64,000 bases of DNA from Eledone cirrhosa. Taxonomy: Eukaryota. This document shows, one piece after another, positions 1-12,265 of this stretch. Each line of letters begins with the position of its first letter. Positions within the stretch are counted from its first letter, which is position 1. Made by a program: the position numbers and the translations under genes. Location: assembly GCA_964016885.1 (NCBI GenBank), contig OZ024742.1, forward strand, positions 177,382,001-177,446,000, in the 5' to 3' direction. The notes below the pieces were generated by a model that saw only the letters and a program-made list of their open reading frames with translations, had not been told where the DNA came from and ran no database searches.

Positions 1-1830
1 AACCCTAAAGTGTGAAATCGATCTCCCTAGTATAGTGAACTATGGTAGCAAATCGTGTGGGCTGGGCGCCGCTGAATCGACCTAGCCCCAGTGGCAAGGG
101 GAGGTTGACGGCCGAGGGCTTCGAATCAAACAAAAGACTCGCCCCTAGCATCCCGTTGGATATCTAATGAATCCTTCCTTTAAGACGTGAATTGCCTCCC
201 ATACCTATCATACGTACACTACGACTTCCTGTGTTTATATTCAGACTACCGTTATGTGTTACTAGCGAGAGACTAATCATTGAAAGTTGGAGTTTGTTGA
301 ATATGAATTGTGATCCAGCTTTGATGAATTATAGAACCACATTCAAGGCAAAATGCAGCACTGGATATTGAAATCCGGCCGACCCAGGAGGGGTCACACC
401 CGACTGTGAATGGATTGCAACCTCTGAAGTCAATAATCTAAACGAAAACCACGTGGCGGAAATATAAATAACATAGTTGTCATCGACAGGTCTGATTGTG
501 AGTTCTCTCTTCTATATATATCTATATATTCTACAGAAATTTGCACTCACTATAATAAACCTGCCTATTATTATAACAATATATGTTCATTCTGTCATAT
601 GTGATTCTGGAAGATGAGTTTCCTGTATACACTTTCTCTCTATGTAACGGGATAGCCATCACGATTTGTATTTACTGTAGTACAGTTGTATGCGGTGCGA
701 TCCATTGGTTGAACGCCAGCTTGGACATTTAGTGAATTTCACCTGGCACGTTGGATTGAGCGACCGAACGTGAGGATTTTGAGGAATGCCAGTTTCTGCG
801 TACCTGGCGTGTTTTCAATTTCCTCACATCTGTGCCGGCTTTATATGGACCATACATTTCTTTATCTCGTCGTACTTTCTTTTATTATTTTTTATTTCAG
901 ATTTTAGGTGTATATCCCAGACCGCCTATGGTGATAAATCCCCTGGGTATAGGCTTTGGAAAAATAGCGTTATCTCACTTAACGTTCGAAACTGGAACAT
1001 ATCGATGTGGTTTGTAGTGTGTGGATATGATAAGGAGATTAGACCTGTTACAAGGCGATATAATTGGAGTACACCATCCCTCATATGGACTATCATACAT
1101 GTAAGGCTGCACCACTGCTAACCAACTATTCTTTTCACAGACTCATGCTTGCAAACTCTGTTGATCTGCCCGTACACCCTCTTTTTGCACGGGTTGTGCT
1201 TTGATGCATCTATGCTTTGCTTTGTCTCATATTTTGGGAGGTTTCCGGGCTTTTTGTTCCTTTATTGTTTTGTATTTTTATATTTATCTCTTTTATTATC
1301 CCTGTATTTTTGTAGATTTTTATTATTTTTTTTTAATTATTTTCTTATTGTTTCTGATCATGCTGAGTTATACCCTCACTTATCCCTTGCTACCCTCTCC
1401 CAACCTCTTTATCATCTATTGCACCATTTAAGTGATACATTTTTGGTGTAATTTTTAATTTTTAATTTTTATATTTTTAAGACATTTTATGACATTATGT
1501 GCATCATGTATTCTGTCTTTTTCCACATAGCGCTGGCCTCTGGACCCCTCTGCTGGTCCTTTACTACCCTTTTTCTGGTGCCGCAGCACGACGGAGTATG
1601 CAACTACTGATATACTCGTGTTTATAGGCTCTGATGATTCCTTCCATGGTGTATGGATGAAACACTGTTAGCTAATAAAACAATGTATTTCTAAGCTCTC
1701 TTTGATTATTCCTAAAATTATAACGGCTCTGTATTATACTAGTTATCCTACATTGAGCTAAAACCACACTGTCATACCAAGGGCAATATATCTGCATGTC
1801 TGGGCATAGTGATATATTTGTCAATGAAAT
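1..1830 (+). mobile_element. Penelope-like element 3' region / pseudo-LTR copy 1 (Naiad-type), running off the window start
   Basis: Bases 1-51 are the reverse complement of about 2178-2229 (3' UTR of the PLE ORF). About 253-1830 matches the reverse complement of 5297-6866, and 1-1720 matches 6970-8646. HHR near the 3' end. Confidence 0.85.
1625..1674 (+). ncRNA. Minimal type I hammerhead ribozyme in pLTR copy 1
   Basis: ggct-CTGATGA(1631-1637)-stem II t/tcc..gga/t-GAAA(1659-1662)-C act G-TT-agct; predicted GUU site; short stems I and III. Confidence 0.7.
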
Positions 1831-1918
1831 TTTAAATATATATATTTATATATACATAAATATATAAAATATATATACTTATATGTGTGCGTATGCATGC
1901 TACATACACATGTATATG

Positions 1919-1954
<36 letters not shown>

Positions 1955-2661
1955 AATATTTCGTTTCTGAATTTGTTTAGCAAGATTCTTTATCTGAAAA
2001 TGTGTGTTGAAACCGATATTGTTATACTTTGGGAGGGTCATGTTGCCACAAGAAACACACGCACCAGCGGTTCACTTCAATTTATTATAATAAATTTATA
2101 AATTTAGGAATTCATAAATTTCCGGTTGTTTGGCTACTTCCACAACCAGATGATTGTTTATATATTTTCAAAGTTCTTTGCTACCATAGTTCACTATACT
2201 AGGGAGATCGATTTCACACTTTAGGGTTAAGATTAACTAGACCCCGGTGCCAATTCACCCGCTTTATAGCTGCGGCGGTGTTTTCTGGGCTTTCGACAGG
2301 CTATTGTGCTGTGCTATCAGTTAGCGCACAATGGGTGTGTTTATAAACCATACTAACATGGTTAGTGTGGGTATGTGCCTATATAGGGTCAAGCTGTGCT
2401 AGGTATAGTGAAAAGTCTTAAGTAGGTTCTACCCCAGGGTTCTTGGCCTGTGGTCCAATAAGATGAACCAGGGAAGAGAGGAAGAAAAGAAAAAAAGGGG
2501 GAGAAGAGAAGAGGTATTAGAGTAGTCTATATGCACCTGAAGGGTTGTTTTCGGCACAAAGGAACCAGGATGCAGTGCGGCGTGGTTTTACGTAGGCCAG
2601 ACGGAATTGATGTATGCAGGTCCTACAGCGTTAGCTAATTGGTCTAAAATAATAGAAGGAG

Positions 2662-5189
2662 CTAAGATTTATGGGCGGGCAAGAAGAGAATATATCCGGC
2701 CTCCTATTAACAGGTTTAATTTGGAGTGTATTATGGCGTGTGATTCAGAGTGACAAAAGGCGCAGATCTTGTTAGGGGGTCTGTACTGCATTGATTTAGT
2801 GATGATTCTCCAATCAAGCGTGTATTGAATATCAGTGTTCTTCAGGAGGGATATGTATCTAGATAGGGATGTATTATTCTTAAGTCTATCATGTCTAAAT
2901 GTTTAGCGATGGGAGTTGCATCTAGTCTTAAAGACGGTCGATGTAGACCCTATATATGTTTTCGATGAGCTCCGAGTTGTAACATCACATGCGTAGACAA
3001 TATTGTTTATAAGACATTGTCCCTTAAGGGGGCACTCCGTCTTTCATCTGCAGTTACATTGTCGGTGTATGTGAGTCTGCAGCACAGGAGATGTTTGGTT
3101 TTCCGTGCGTTCCAGATTTTGCAACCGTACATCAGATGTGTGGATAGTATTGCTGGGTGACGCGGCATCAGGTCCATCTAGTAGTTGCCGGTGTGCCGCA
3201 GTTGCAATGGTATCGAACCCCTTTCTAATTTTGTTGTTGTTCGGTATGGCTAGGTGACGAGCTAGATTTGTAGTAGTGGAGAATGATAGCTTAATTGTGT
3301 TTTTATGCATGATACTATGGTATTTACTACCGGGAGGAGGGGGTTTCCAAGATAGAGAAGAATGCCTTTGGTATATTGGTTGATACCTCCGAGTTGTAAG
3401 GTGGATTAAGGTAGGAATCAGATCTTCGTCTATTTTCCCTATTTTTCGTACTAGGGGAAGAGTTGGCCCTGGGCATAGACAACCCATCTTCCGTGGTAGA
3501 GAGAAACTGGGGTGGTAACCTTACCCGGAGGGGTTCACAGGCTTCCCTGTCTTTCCTATTGCACTTCAATTTTATAGCTTTTATCCTAGTGTTTGTGTTA
3601 TTGCCATACCGATGAGGTGTGTTAAATGGAGTCCCTTGGGGTTGGTCAGAGCCGCCTACAGTACCCGTGTAGTTACTATTTTTGTGTCCGCTTCTATTAG
3701 GCAAAGCAATATTGTGTGTGATTACATTATATTGTTCGGCCCTGGTGGTTTGGGCGTTGTTATGTATGTAGTATATTTTTTCTCTAAAACCGGACCTTGC
3801 TAGTACTTTATTATAGTACCATGCATTAGACCTAAATGCATGCTCATTATGTGATAGTCTGCTAATCCTGTTAGATACCCCTTTAATTATGGCATTTAGG
3901 ACGGATCTAGGGTGGTTGGAATTTGCATTCACGTATGTTAGTGTTTCATCTGGCTTGTGATAGGGTGAGAAGTATTTATTTTCCAAGTCCAGGGTTACGT
4001 CTAGAAAGTTAACCGTTTTATTATTTATGTCTATCGTTATGCTAAGGTTAAAGCTTTTGAAGAATGTATGTAGTTCTTTTCTCGTCCTTTCTATATTATG
4101 TTTTTTTATATTCAATAGTGAACAGGGCGTCGTCACGGTATAGCCCACCTTTGAAATGCTGGAATGTTTCATGCAGTTCATGGAGGAGGTAAAGTCCAAC
4201 CAAGTCAGTGGCCTGCGCCGAATCGCTGGACCCCATTGTGACAACAAAGTTATTATGCGTGTTCTTCCGGGTTCAAAGTTGGTCTTCGAAGAGGATGACA
4301 GTTCTCCGGGCAGCAAGGATGATGTCAATTTGGGATCTAATCAGGTCACTATTTTGCATAGCTAATATAAGGGCCTTATTTAGAAGGATGGGAGAGATCG
4401 AGGTATAGTATGAGTTGATATCGAATAGGTTGAACTTCAGGGACTTGTGATTAATAATGCTTGAGAGACATTTAATGATCTCCTCAGTATTCCCCCATAG
4501 GTCAAGGTAAATTTTACTTCGTATAACAGGGATGACGGCGTCCAAGATTTTCTTATTATACCAAAGTCAGACTTAGAGGGGCTAATAAGCCTAATTGAGG
4601 GGTTACTATGGAAGTCCTCTTTGTGATCCTTCAGTGTGAATCTGGGTTGCTTAGGGCTGAAAGGCTGGGTGTACCTTTCCAGGTTCAGCATCTTAACGAT
4701 TTCTAGCCCTTTCTTATTTATCTCGTCTAGATTTCCATAGGTAGTTTTCTTATAATTTCTGTGGAGTTCCTTGTATATGAAGTTTATGTAAGTCTTGTAG
4801 TCCAAGTTATATAATTTTTTTGTTTTATCTGAGGGGACGAGAACGTTAGCATTTTCCTCGAAGCCCTTAATAGAGCTAAGATCTCTACGGAAAGGGTTCT
4901 TGCCATGGCTTTTAGTCCTATATCTAATATTCTTCACAAGGTTTAGAAGGTCGCTTTCAAAGCCATCCAGATTACTATTGTGCGGTGGGCTCTTGTATGT
5001 CTTGAATCCATACCTATTTACCCGGGTTGTTTGCTGAGGGTTATCCCGGTTCCTATCGTAGTGGAAAGCACGCCACCTTAATCTTTTAACAAATGCGTTT
5101 ACGCTAGCTATGAGCAACCTTTCGTAGGTTTTCATAGATGGGAAGGGAATGTTCTTGAGTGACAAAGGTAGATGGTCTTTGGTTAGCAT
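2662..5189 (-). pseudogene. Naiad-type PLE ORF (reverse transcriptase plus C-terminal GIY-YIG endonuclease), frameshifted and with stops
   Basis: N-terminal SLKNIPFP and FVKRLRWRAF; RT motifs VTMGSSDSAQATDLVGLYLL, GGLYRDDAL, VNFLDVTLDL, YVNANSNHP; YLNPPY; CNCR*KTECPLKGQCL; IVY..TYIGST; CAFC. Pieces are spread over ORFs 4437-5318, 4273-4545, 3327-4328 and 3044-3487. Confidence 0.9.
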
Positions 5190-5296
5190 ACTGTCAAGTT
5201 TATACACCAGTGTGCGACTATAGTTGCATAGATCTACTAATACATATATGCGCACAGTAGTTATATTTTTTAGCTCAACCCAATGGGAGCCGTAAT

Positions 5297-6866
5297 ATTT
5301 CGTTGACAAATATATCAATATGCCCAGACGTGCAGATATATTGCCCCTGGTATGACAGTGTGGTTTTAGCTCAATGTAGGATAACTAGTATAATACAGAG
5401 CCGTTATAGTTATAGGAATAACCAAAAAGAGCTTAGAAATACATTATTTTATTAGCTAACAGTATTTCATCCATACACCATGGCAGGAATCATCAGAGCC
5501 TATAAACATGAGTATATCAGTAGTTGCATGCTCCATCGAGCTGCGTCACCAAAACAAGGTTAAAGGACCAGCAGGGGGGTCCCGAGGCCAGCGCTATTTG
5601 GAAAAAGACAGAATACATGACGCACATAATGTCATAAAATGTCTTAAAAATATAAAAATTAAAAATTAAAAATTACACCAAAAAGGTATCACTTAAATGG
5701 TGCAATAGATGATAAAGAGGTTGGGAGAGGGTAGCAAGGGATAAGTGAGGGTATTACTCAGCATGATCAGAAACAATAAGAAAATAATAAAAAAAATAAT
5801 AAAAAAGTACAAAAATGCAAGGATAAGAAAAGAGATAAAAAATACAAAACAATAAAGGAACAAAAAGCCCGGAAACCGCCCAAAAATATAAGATAAAGCA
5901 AAGCATAGATGCACCAAAGCACAAGAAGTGCAAAAACAGGGTGTACAGGCAGATCAACAGAGTTTGCAAGCATGAGTCTGTGAAAGGAATAGTTGGTTAG
6001 CAGTGGTGCAGCCTTACATGTACGATAGTCCATATGAGGGATGGTGTACTCCAATTATATCGCCTTGTAACAGGTCGATTCTCCTTATCATATCCATACC
6101 CTACGAACCACATCGATATGTTGTAGTTACGAACGGTAAGTGAGATAACACTATTTTTCCAAAACCTATACCCAGGGGATTTATCAACATAGGCAGTCTG
6201 AGATATGCACCTAAAATCTAAAAAAAATAATAATAAAAGAAAGTACAAGTTACAGACATGTATGGTCCATATAAAGCCGGCACAGATGTGAGGAAATTGA
6301 AAACACGCCAGGTCCGCAGAAACTGGCATTCCCTAAAATCCTCACGTTCAGTCGCTCAATCCAACGTGCCAGGTGAAATTCACATTGTATGTCCAAGTTG
6401 GCGTTCAACCAATGTATCGCACCGTATACAACTGTACCACAGCAAATACAAATCGTGATGGCTATCCCGTTTCATATAGAGAAAAATTGTATTTGGAAAC
6501 TCCGCTTCCAGAATAACATATGGCAAAATGAGCATATATTGTTATAATAATTGGCGGATTTATTATAGTGAGTGCAAATTTATGTAGAATATATAGATAT
6601 ATATAGAAGAGAGAACTCACAACCAGACCTGTCAATGACAGCTATGTTATTTATATTTCCGCCACGTGGTTTTCGTTTAGATTATTGACTCCAGAGGTTG
6701 CAATCCATTCACAGTCGGGTGTGACCCCTCCTGGGTCGGCGGGATTTCAATATCCAGTGCTGCATTTTGTCTTGAGTGTGGTTCTATAATTCATCAAAGC
6801 TGGATCACAATTCATATTCAACAAACTCCAAATTTCAAAGATTAGTCTCTCGCTAGTAACACATAT
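5297..6866 (-). mobile_element. 5' pseudo-LTR (copy 2), in direct orientation with the PLE ORF
   Basis: Reverse complement of about 253-1830, lying directly upstream of the ORF on the minus strand, as in partial-tandem PLE insertions. Confidence 0.85.
5453..5502 (-). ncRNA. Minimal hammerhead ribozyme in pLTR copy 2
   Basis: Minus strand taggct CTGATGA ttcctgccatggtgtatggat GAAA tactg TT agcta; about 260 nt upstream of the ATG at 5189. Confidence 0.65.
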
Positions 6867-8646
6867 TGTGCTCTAACTGATAGCACAGCACAATAATCTG
6901 TCGAAAGCCCAGAACACCCCGCCGTAGCTATAAAGCGGGTGAATTGGCACCCGGGGTCCGATTAACCTTAACCCTGTGTAATATATCTAACCTAGTATAG
7001 TGAACTATGGTAGCAAATCGAGTGGCGTAGGCGCCGCTGAATCGACATGGCCTCAGGGGGAAGGGGGGGTTGATAGCTGAGGCTTCGAATCAAACAAAAG
7101 GCTCACCCCTCGCATTCCGTTGGATATCTAATGAATCCGCCCTTTATGATGCCAATTGCCTCCCCATACTTTTCATACGTACACTACGACTTCCTGTGTT
7201 TATATTCAGACCACCGTATGTGTTACTAGCGAGAGACTAATCTTTCAAAGTCGGAGTTTGTTGAATATGAATTGTGATCCAGCTTTGATGAATTATAGAA
7301 CCACACTCAAGGCAAAGTGCAGCGCTGGATATTGAAATTCCGCCTTCCAGGAAGGGTCACACCCGACTGTGAATGGATTGAAACCTCTGGAGTCAATAAT
7401 CTAAACGAAAACCACGTGGCGGAAATATAAATAACATAGCTGTCATTGACAGGTTTGGCTGTGAGTTCTCTCTTCTATATATATCTATATATTCTACAGA
7501 AATTTGCACTCACTATAATAAACCTGCCTATTATTATAACAATATATGTTCATTCTGTCATGTGTGAATCTGGAAGATGAGTTTCCTGTATACACTTTTT
7601 CTCTCTATGTAACGGGATAGCCATCACGATTTGTATTTACTGTGGTACAGTTGTATGCGGTGCGATACATTGGTTGAACGCCAACTGGGACATACGGTGA
7701 ATTTCACCTGGCACGTTGGATTGAGCGACCGAACGTGAGGATTTGGGGGAATTCCAGTTTCTGCGGACCTGACGTCTTTTCAATTTCCTCACATCTGTGT
7801 CGGATGTATATGGACCATACATTTCTTTATCTCGTCGTACTTTCTTTTATTATTTTTTACTTTACCTATGGTGATAAATCCCCTAGGGTTTGGAAAAATA
7901 GTGTTATCTCACTTAACGTTCGGAACTGGAACATATCGATGTGGTTCGTAGGGCGCGGATATGATAAGGAGAATCGACCTGTTACAAGGCGATATAATTG
8001 GAGTACACCATCCCTCATATGGATTATCATACATGTAAGGCTGCACCAATGCTAACCTACTATTCTTTTCACTGACTCATGCTTGCAAACTCTCTTGATC
8101 TACCTGTACACCCTCTTTTTGCAGTGCTTGTGCTTTGATGTATTATGCTTTGCTTTGTCTTATATTTTTTAGGTCTTTCCGGGCTTTTTGTTCCTTTATT
8201 ATTTTGTAATTTTATATTTATCTCTCTTCTTATCCCTGTATTGTTGTACTTTTTTATTATTTTTTTTATTATTTTCTTATTGTTTCTGATCATGCTGAGT
8301 AATAACCTGACTTATTCCTTGCTACCCTCTCCCAACCTCTTTATCATCTATTGCACCATTTAAGTGATACATTTTTGGTGTAATTTTAAATTTTAAATTT
8401 TTTAATTTTTAAGACATTTTATGACATTATGTGCATCATGTATTCTGTCTTTTTCCATATAGCGCTGGCTTCGGGACCCCCCATGCTGCTCCTTTAACCT
8501 TGTTCTGGTGACGCAGCTCGATTGAGCAGGCAACTACTGATATACTGATGTTTATAGGCTCTGATGATTTCTGCCATGGTGTATGGATGAAAGACTGTTA
8601 GCTAAACAATGTATTTCTAAGCTCTCTTTGGTTATTCCTATAACTA
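6865..8646 (+). mobile_element. Inverted pseudo-LTR / 3' region (copy 3), head-to-head with copy 2
   Basis: 6865-7017 is the reverse complement of about 2178-2331, then it follows copy 1. It ends about 40 nt after the HHR (8555-8604, stem III degenerate) in a (TA)n array. Confidence 0.85.
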
Positions 8647-8709
8647 TATATATATATATATATACATATATACATATATATATACATATATATATATATA
8701 TACATATAA

Positions 8710-8740
<31 letters not shown>

Positions 8741-9139
8741 CATACATTTATATACATAAATATATCAAATATATATACTTAAATGTCTGCGTATGCATGC
8801 AGACATACACATGCATATGTATATATATATAGATATACCATCTCTCTAGTGGGTCCGGGTGTGCTTTTTACATTCATTTGATTTATTGATTTATTGATAA
8901 TTTATCTGAGTGTCCCGAATCTTCCATATCGCAATGTTTCGGTCGTTTGGTTGATTGTAGACATATTCTACGTGTGACGGTATTTTAACGATAGTTATAG
9001 CTCTGATTTATTTGAATTATGGAGCCCTCTGCCGCTCATCTCGAATTTTGTTTATCGTGAACTCGTGCGCCGATTTTTCGATACTCGATTATTCTACTAT
9101 ATATATATATATATGTATATAAATATATATATGTGTATT

Positions 9140-9324
9140 GGTGGATTGGCAGTATCGGTGGAGGGTCGGACGCCATGGTTTCCAGCATAGTTACGTCTCT
9201 TTACGATCTGAGTTCAAATCCCGCCGAGGTTGACTTTGCCTTTCATCCTTACGGGGTCGATAAAATAAAGTACCAGTAATGCACTGGGTAATTGCTGGCC
9301 TTGTGCCAAAAGTAGAAACAATTA
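9140..9324 (+). mobile_element. tRNA-derived SINE, family S1
   Basis: ggtggattggcagtatcggt..gagttcaaatcc (B box)..gactttgcctttcatcc..gtagaaacaat; at least six other copies in the window. Confidence 0.85.
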
Positions 9325-9583
9325 TATATATATGCATATATATATGCATACATATATATATACAGATACACCCACACACCCACACCCACACACACACACA
9401 GACACCCCCCCCATACATATATATATATATATACATAGTTGAAGAGTAACCAATCTTAAAGAGAGAGATTGAGATAAGAGAGGAGAGATTGGTGAATTGA
9501 CAATCTTTTAATAATGTCTTCCTTGTGAAATTTGTGGTCTTGTTTTGCTTAACTAATGAATATATATATATATATATATATAT

Positions 9584-9770
9584 ATAGGAACCAGTAAGAC
9601 CCCGACAGCTGAGCTCAAGCCGTTTCGACGGCTAATTCTGGATTAGCCGTCGAAACGGCTTGAGCTCAGCTGTCGGGGTCTTACTGGTTCCTATTACCCA
9701 CTCTACTACCTCAAGTATTGAGTACTTTGGTGCGTTATGGTCCACCTGGTTCCTTACCACATTTCCTTTG

Positions 9771-9772
<2 letters not shown>
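9584..9772 (+). mobile_element. HHR-bearing PLE-like 3' terminus (family A) with a perfect fold-back, between (TA)n arrays
   Basis: 53-bp perfect inverted repeat 9584-9694 with a 5-nt loop; stem II-GAAA(9652-9655)-stem III-GTC(9672-9674); the tail 9695-9772 is homologous to the reverse complement of 59173-59245. Confidence 0.75.
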
Positions 9773-9825
<53 letters not shown>

Positions 9826-10539
9826 CCTGAAGTCTGAGTTTGTCATAACTCTTTTTTCAGTTGTGGGCATCTCGCCATGCTAGGACTTTACTATTAAATA
9901 ATCTTAATCTAAGCTGACACTGTTATATGAGGTAGCATCTTTCATCACTGTATACAGCCTTACCTTTTCATATAAACCAGGTATCTATCTAATCATACTG
10001 TTTCCGTTGATGTAACTTGCTCCCTTTGAACGTGATGGTTCTGTACCACGTTACCTTTGTCTTACCTGAGAAGAATATCCTTCATTTATTGTCTTGCCAT
10101 GTAATGCCTCTGCATGTGCTTGGTTTATTGGTTATGGTGTTTTACACCCGAACGAAAGGTCATGGCTTATATCCCTACTGCCATGTTTGAACTTTTAGAT
10201 AAAAACGTTCTCTTCTGTTTCTCCTGACCTCGCAGGTTCAACAAATCGTGTTTTATTTGTTATTCAAAGAGCTAATCGTGTTGCACGCCGTTTTACAACT
10301 CTTATTCTTTATCTGTCTTATCACATATGCACAATGGATGTAGAGACAGATTGCTGAGCTAGACAAATGCGTCATTTGGACTATATTGAATTGCCTACAG
10401 TCCGCCAAGAAGACGTCTGAGGGGAAAACCCCGAACAATATGCAGAACTGTTTGGTCAGGATTCTCACAGTCACTTGCTGGGCTGTCTTTCATTTTCCAT
10501 AGATGCAGATGATGTGCGGGTCCGATTAAGGGACACTCA

Positions 10540-11380
10540 TTACTTTCTATGAATATCAAAACCGGTTGGTTTAGATGTGCAGCATCTACCGTTTTGCATC
10601 AGCCAACAAAAGTAACAGTTAATGCAATTGCATTACGCCTACCACTCAACTCCAATTCACGCCAAGAAGTCCGTAAGAGCACCCCACTTGTCGACCTTAC
10701 ACCGCAAATGAAAAAGATACTAGCATTTCATTCACCAAAGCAATCAAAGCTGCAAGAATTTATGGCATCTATCCTGCATTCCTTAAGAACCTTGGTCCAA
10801 ATACCCGAGACTAGTTGGCTTCTTTCCTAACAATCACTTCCTGATTTGGAGTTATCCCGAAGAACTGTGGAGAGGGCAAGGTCATTCCCATCCTGAAACC
10901 CGGGAAACCTGCAGACCATCCCACAAGCTACCAGCCAATCTCTATCGTCCTACTCTTACAAGCAATTTGAACGGCTCCTCTCAGTTAGGCTTGTCCCTTT
11001 AGTAGAACCAAGACTGTCTAAGGAGTAAGCAGACTTCCAACTACAAAGGAGTTGCACTGGCCAAGTCCAGGCACTTACTACCTTCATTGAGGCTGGCTAT
11101 CAACGTTGTCACAAGACAGGAACTGATCTGATTGACCTCTCTTCTGCATCTCATATTATATGGAGACGCGAACATCTTCTAAAGGCCTCAACCGTGAATA
11201 TCCTTGCCTCCATAATACTCACTAACAAAAGATTCAGAGTGTCACTAGGAGGTCAGACAAGTTCAACCACATCCTGATTGATGGCCTTCCCAAGGTTCCA
11301 TCCTGGCCCCAATAGTATTTAACATCTTCGTGAATGTTATGGCCCGGACAACTTCAAGGAAATTTGCATACACTGAATCT
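10540..11380 (+). pseudogene. Decayed non-LTR retrotransposon RT, Ingi/Vingi-like
   Basis: Hand translation: LKPGKPADHPTSYQPIS, SYKQFERLL, RSCTGQVQALTTFIEAG, IDLSSA, GLP/QGSILAP, FNIF, RKFAY; many frameshifts. Confidence 0.75.
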
Positions 11381-12171
11381 CCCTGAGACCTGCAATAAGT
11401 GACCATCTATTTGAGAAAGATTATTGCACATTAATTCCATTGGTTTTGTAGATCATACAGCCTGAACAACACTATCTGTCAAATGCTTAATGAGTATATT
11501 TAAAAATGTATCAGTCATTTAAATCTAGATGAATACATCTTAGAACATCGTTTTTCAATTACGTTGAAAAGCTGGAAAACTGATATGAGATTTTAGACGT
11601 TTATATACTAATGTGATATCTGCTCTAGTTATATAGCTTGAATATTTGGAGACCACATTTTGAGGGAAAGACATGAGTGATTTTGCATTACAGTTATTCG
11701 TTCTAATATCAAGCTGTAGGATTTTGTAAACATATTGGATGAATAGTGTGAGGGAAGTGAATCATAATGAGGTTATTTTACTAATTATTCTGAACTGAGT
11801 GTGACCGAAGTGTGTAAAGAGTTTGTGATATCATGATGAACAAACTAAAAGTCTGCGAAGGGGATATGAAGGCTAGGTAGAAATAAGGCAGACATCACAA
11901 TTTATAATTTTGTTTGCCCATACAGTCGAACTACAGTAACATTAAAAAGGTGAAATAAAGTAAGCAAACACTGAGTTTACAGAGCCAAGTTAGTTCCTTT
12001 CTCTGTTAAGCTGACAGTGTAATACCTTTACGGACATCGTGTTTTTACTGTCGTCTGTTAAACTGTTACTGTAATATAAGCATTCTATCGAAGTCACATT
12101 CTGCCTAAAATATCTTAGAATAATTTGTAACATGAGGCCGTGAATAACAACCCCTGAAAGCAAAGGGTTTT

Positions 12172-12213
12172 AGATAGATATACAGGCAGATAGATAGTGA
12201 GATAAATAGATAA

Positions 12214-12263
<50 letters not shown>

Positions 12264-12265
12264 GG
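12172..12265. repeat. (GATA)n microsatellite
   Basis: Direct reading; abuts the 3' end of Tx1-like element 1. Confidence 0.95.

Noticed and set aside
1149-1451. Hydrophobic membrane-like ORFs in the pLTR copies
   Set aside because: T-rich low-complexity sequence open in several frames, with frames not consistent across copies.
3044-3046. In-frame TGA in the Naiad cysteine cluster as selenocysteine (some Naiads are selenoproteins)
   Set aside because: It follows CNCR at a non-Cys position (Asn in the second Naiad). The ORF has other stops and frameshifts, and I saw no SECIS by eye.
9140-9324. tRNA gene
   Set aside because: Has A/B-box-like motifs but no cloverleaf; it is a multicopy SINE.
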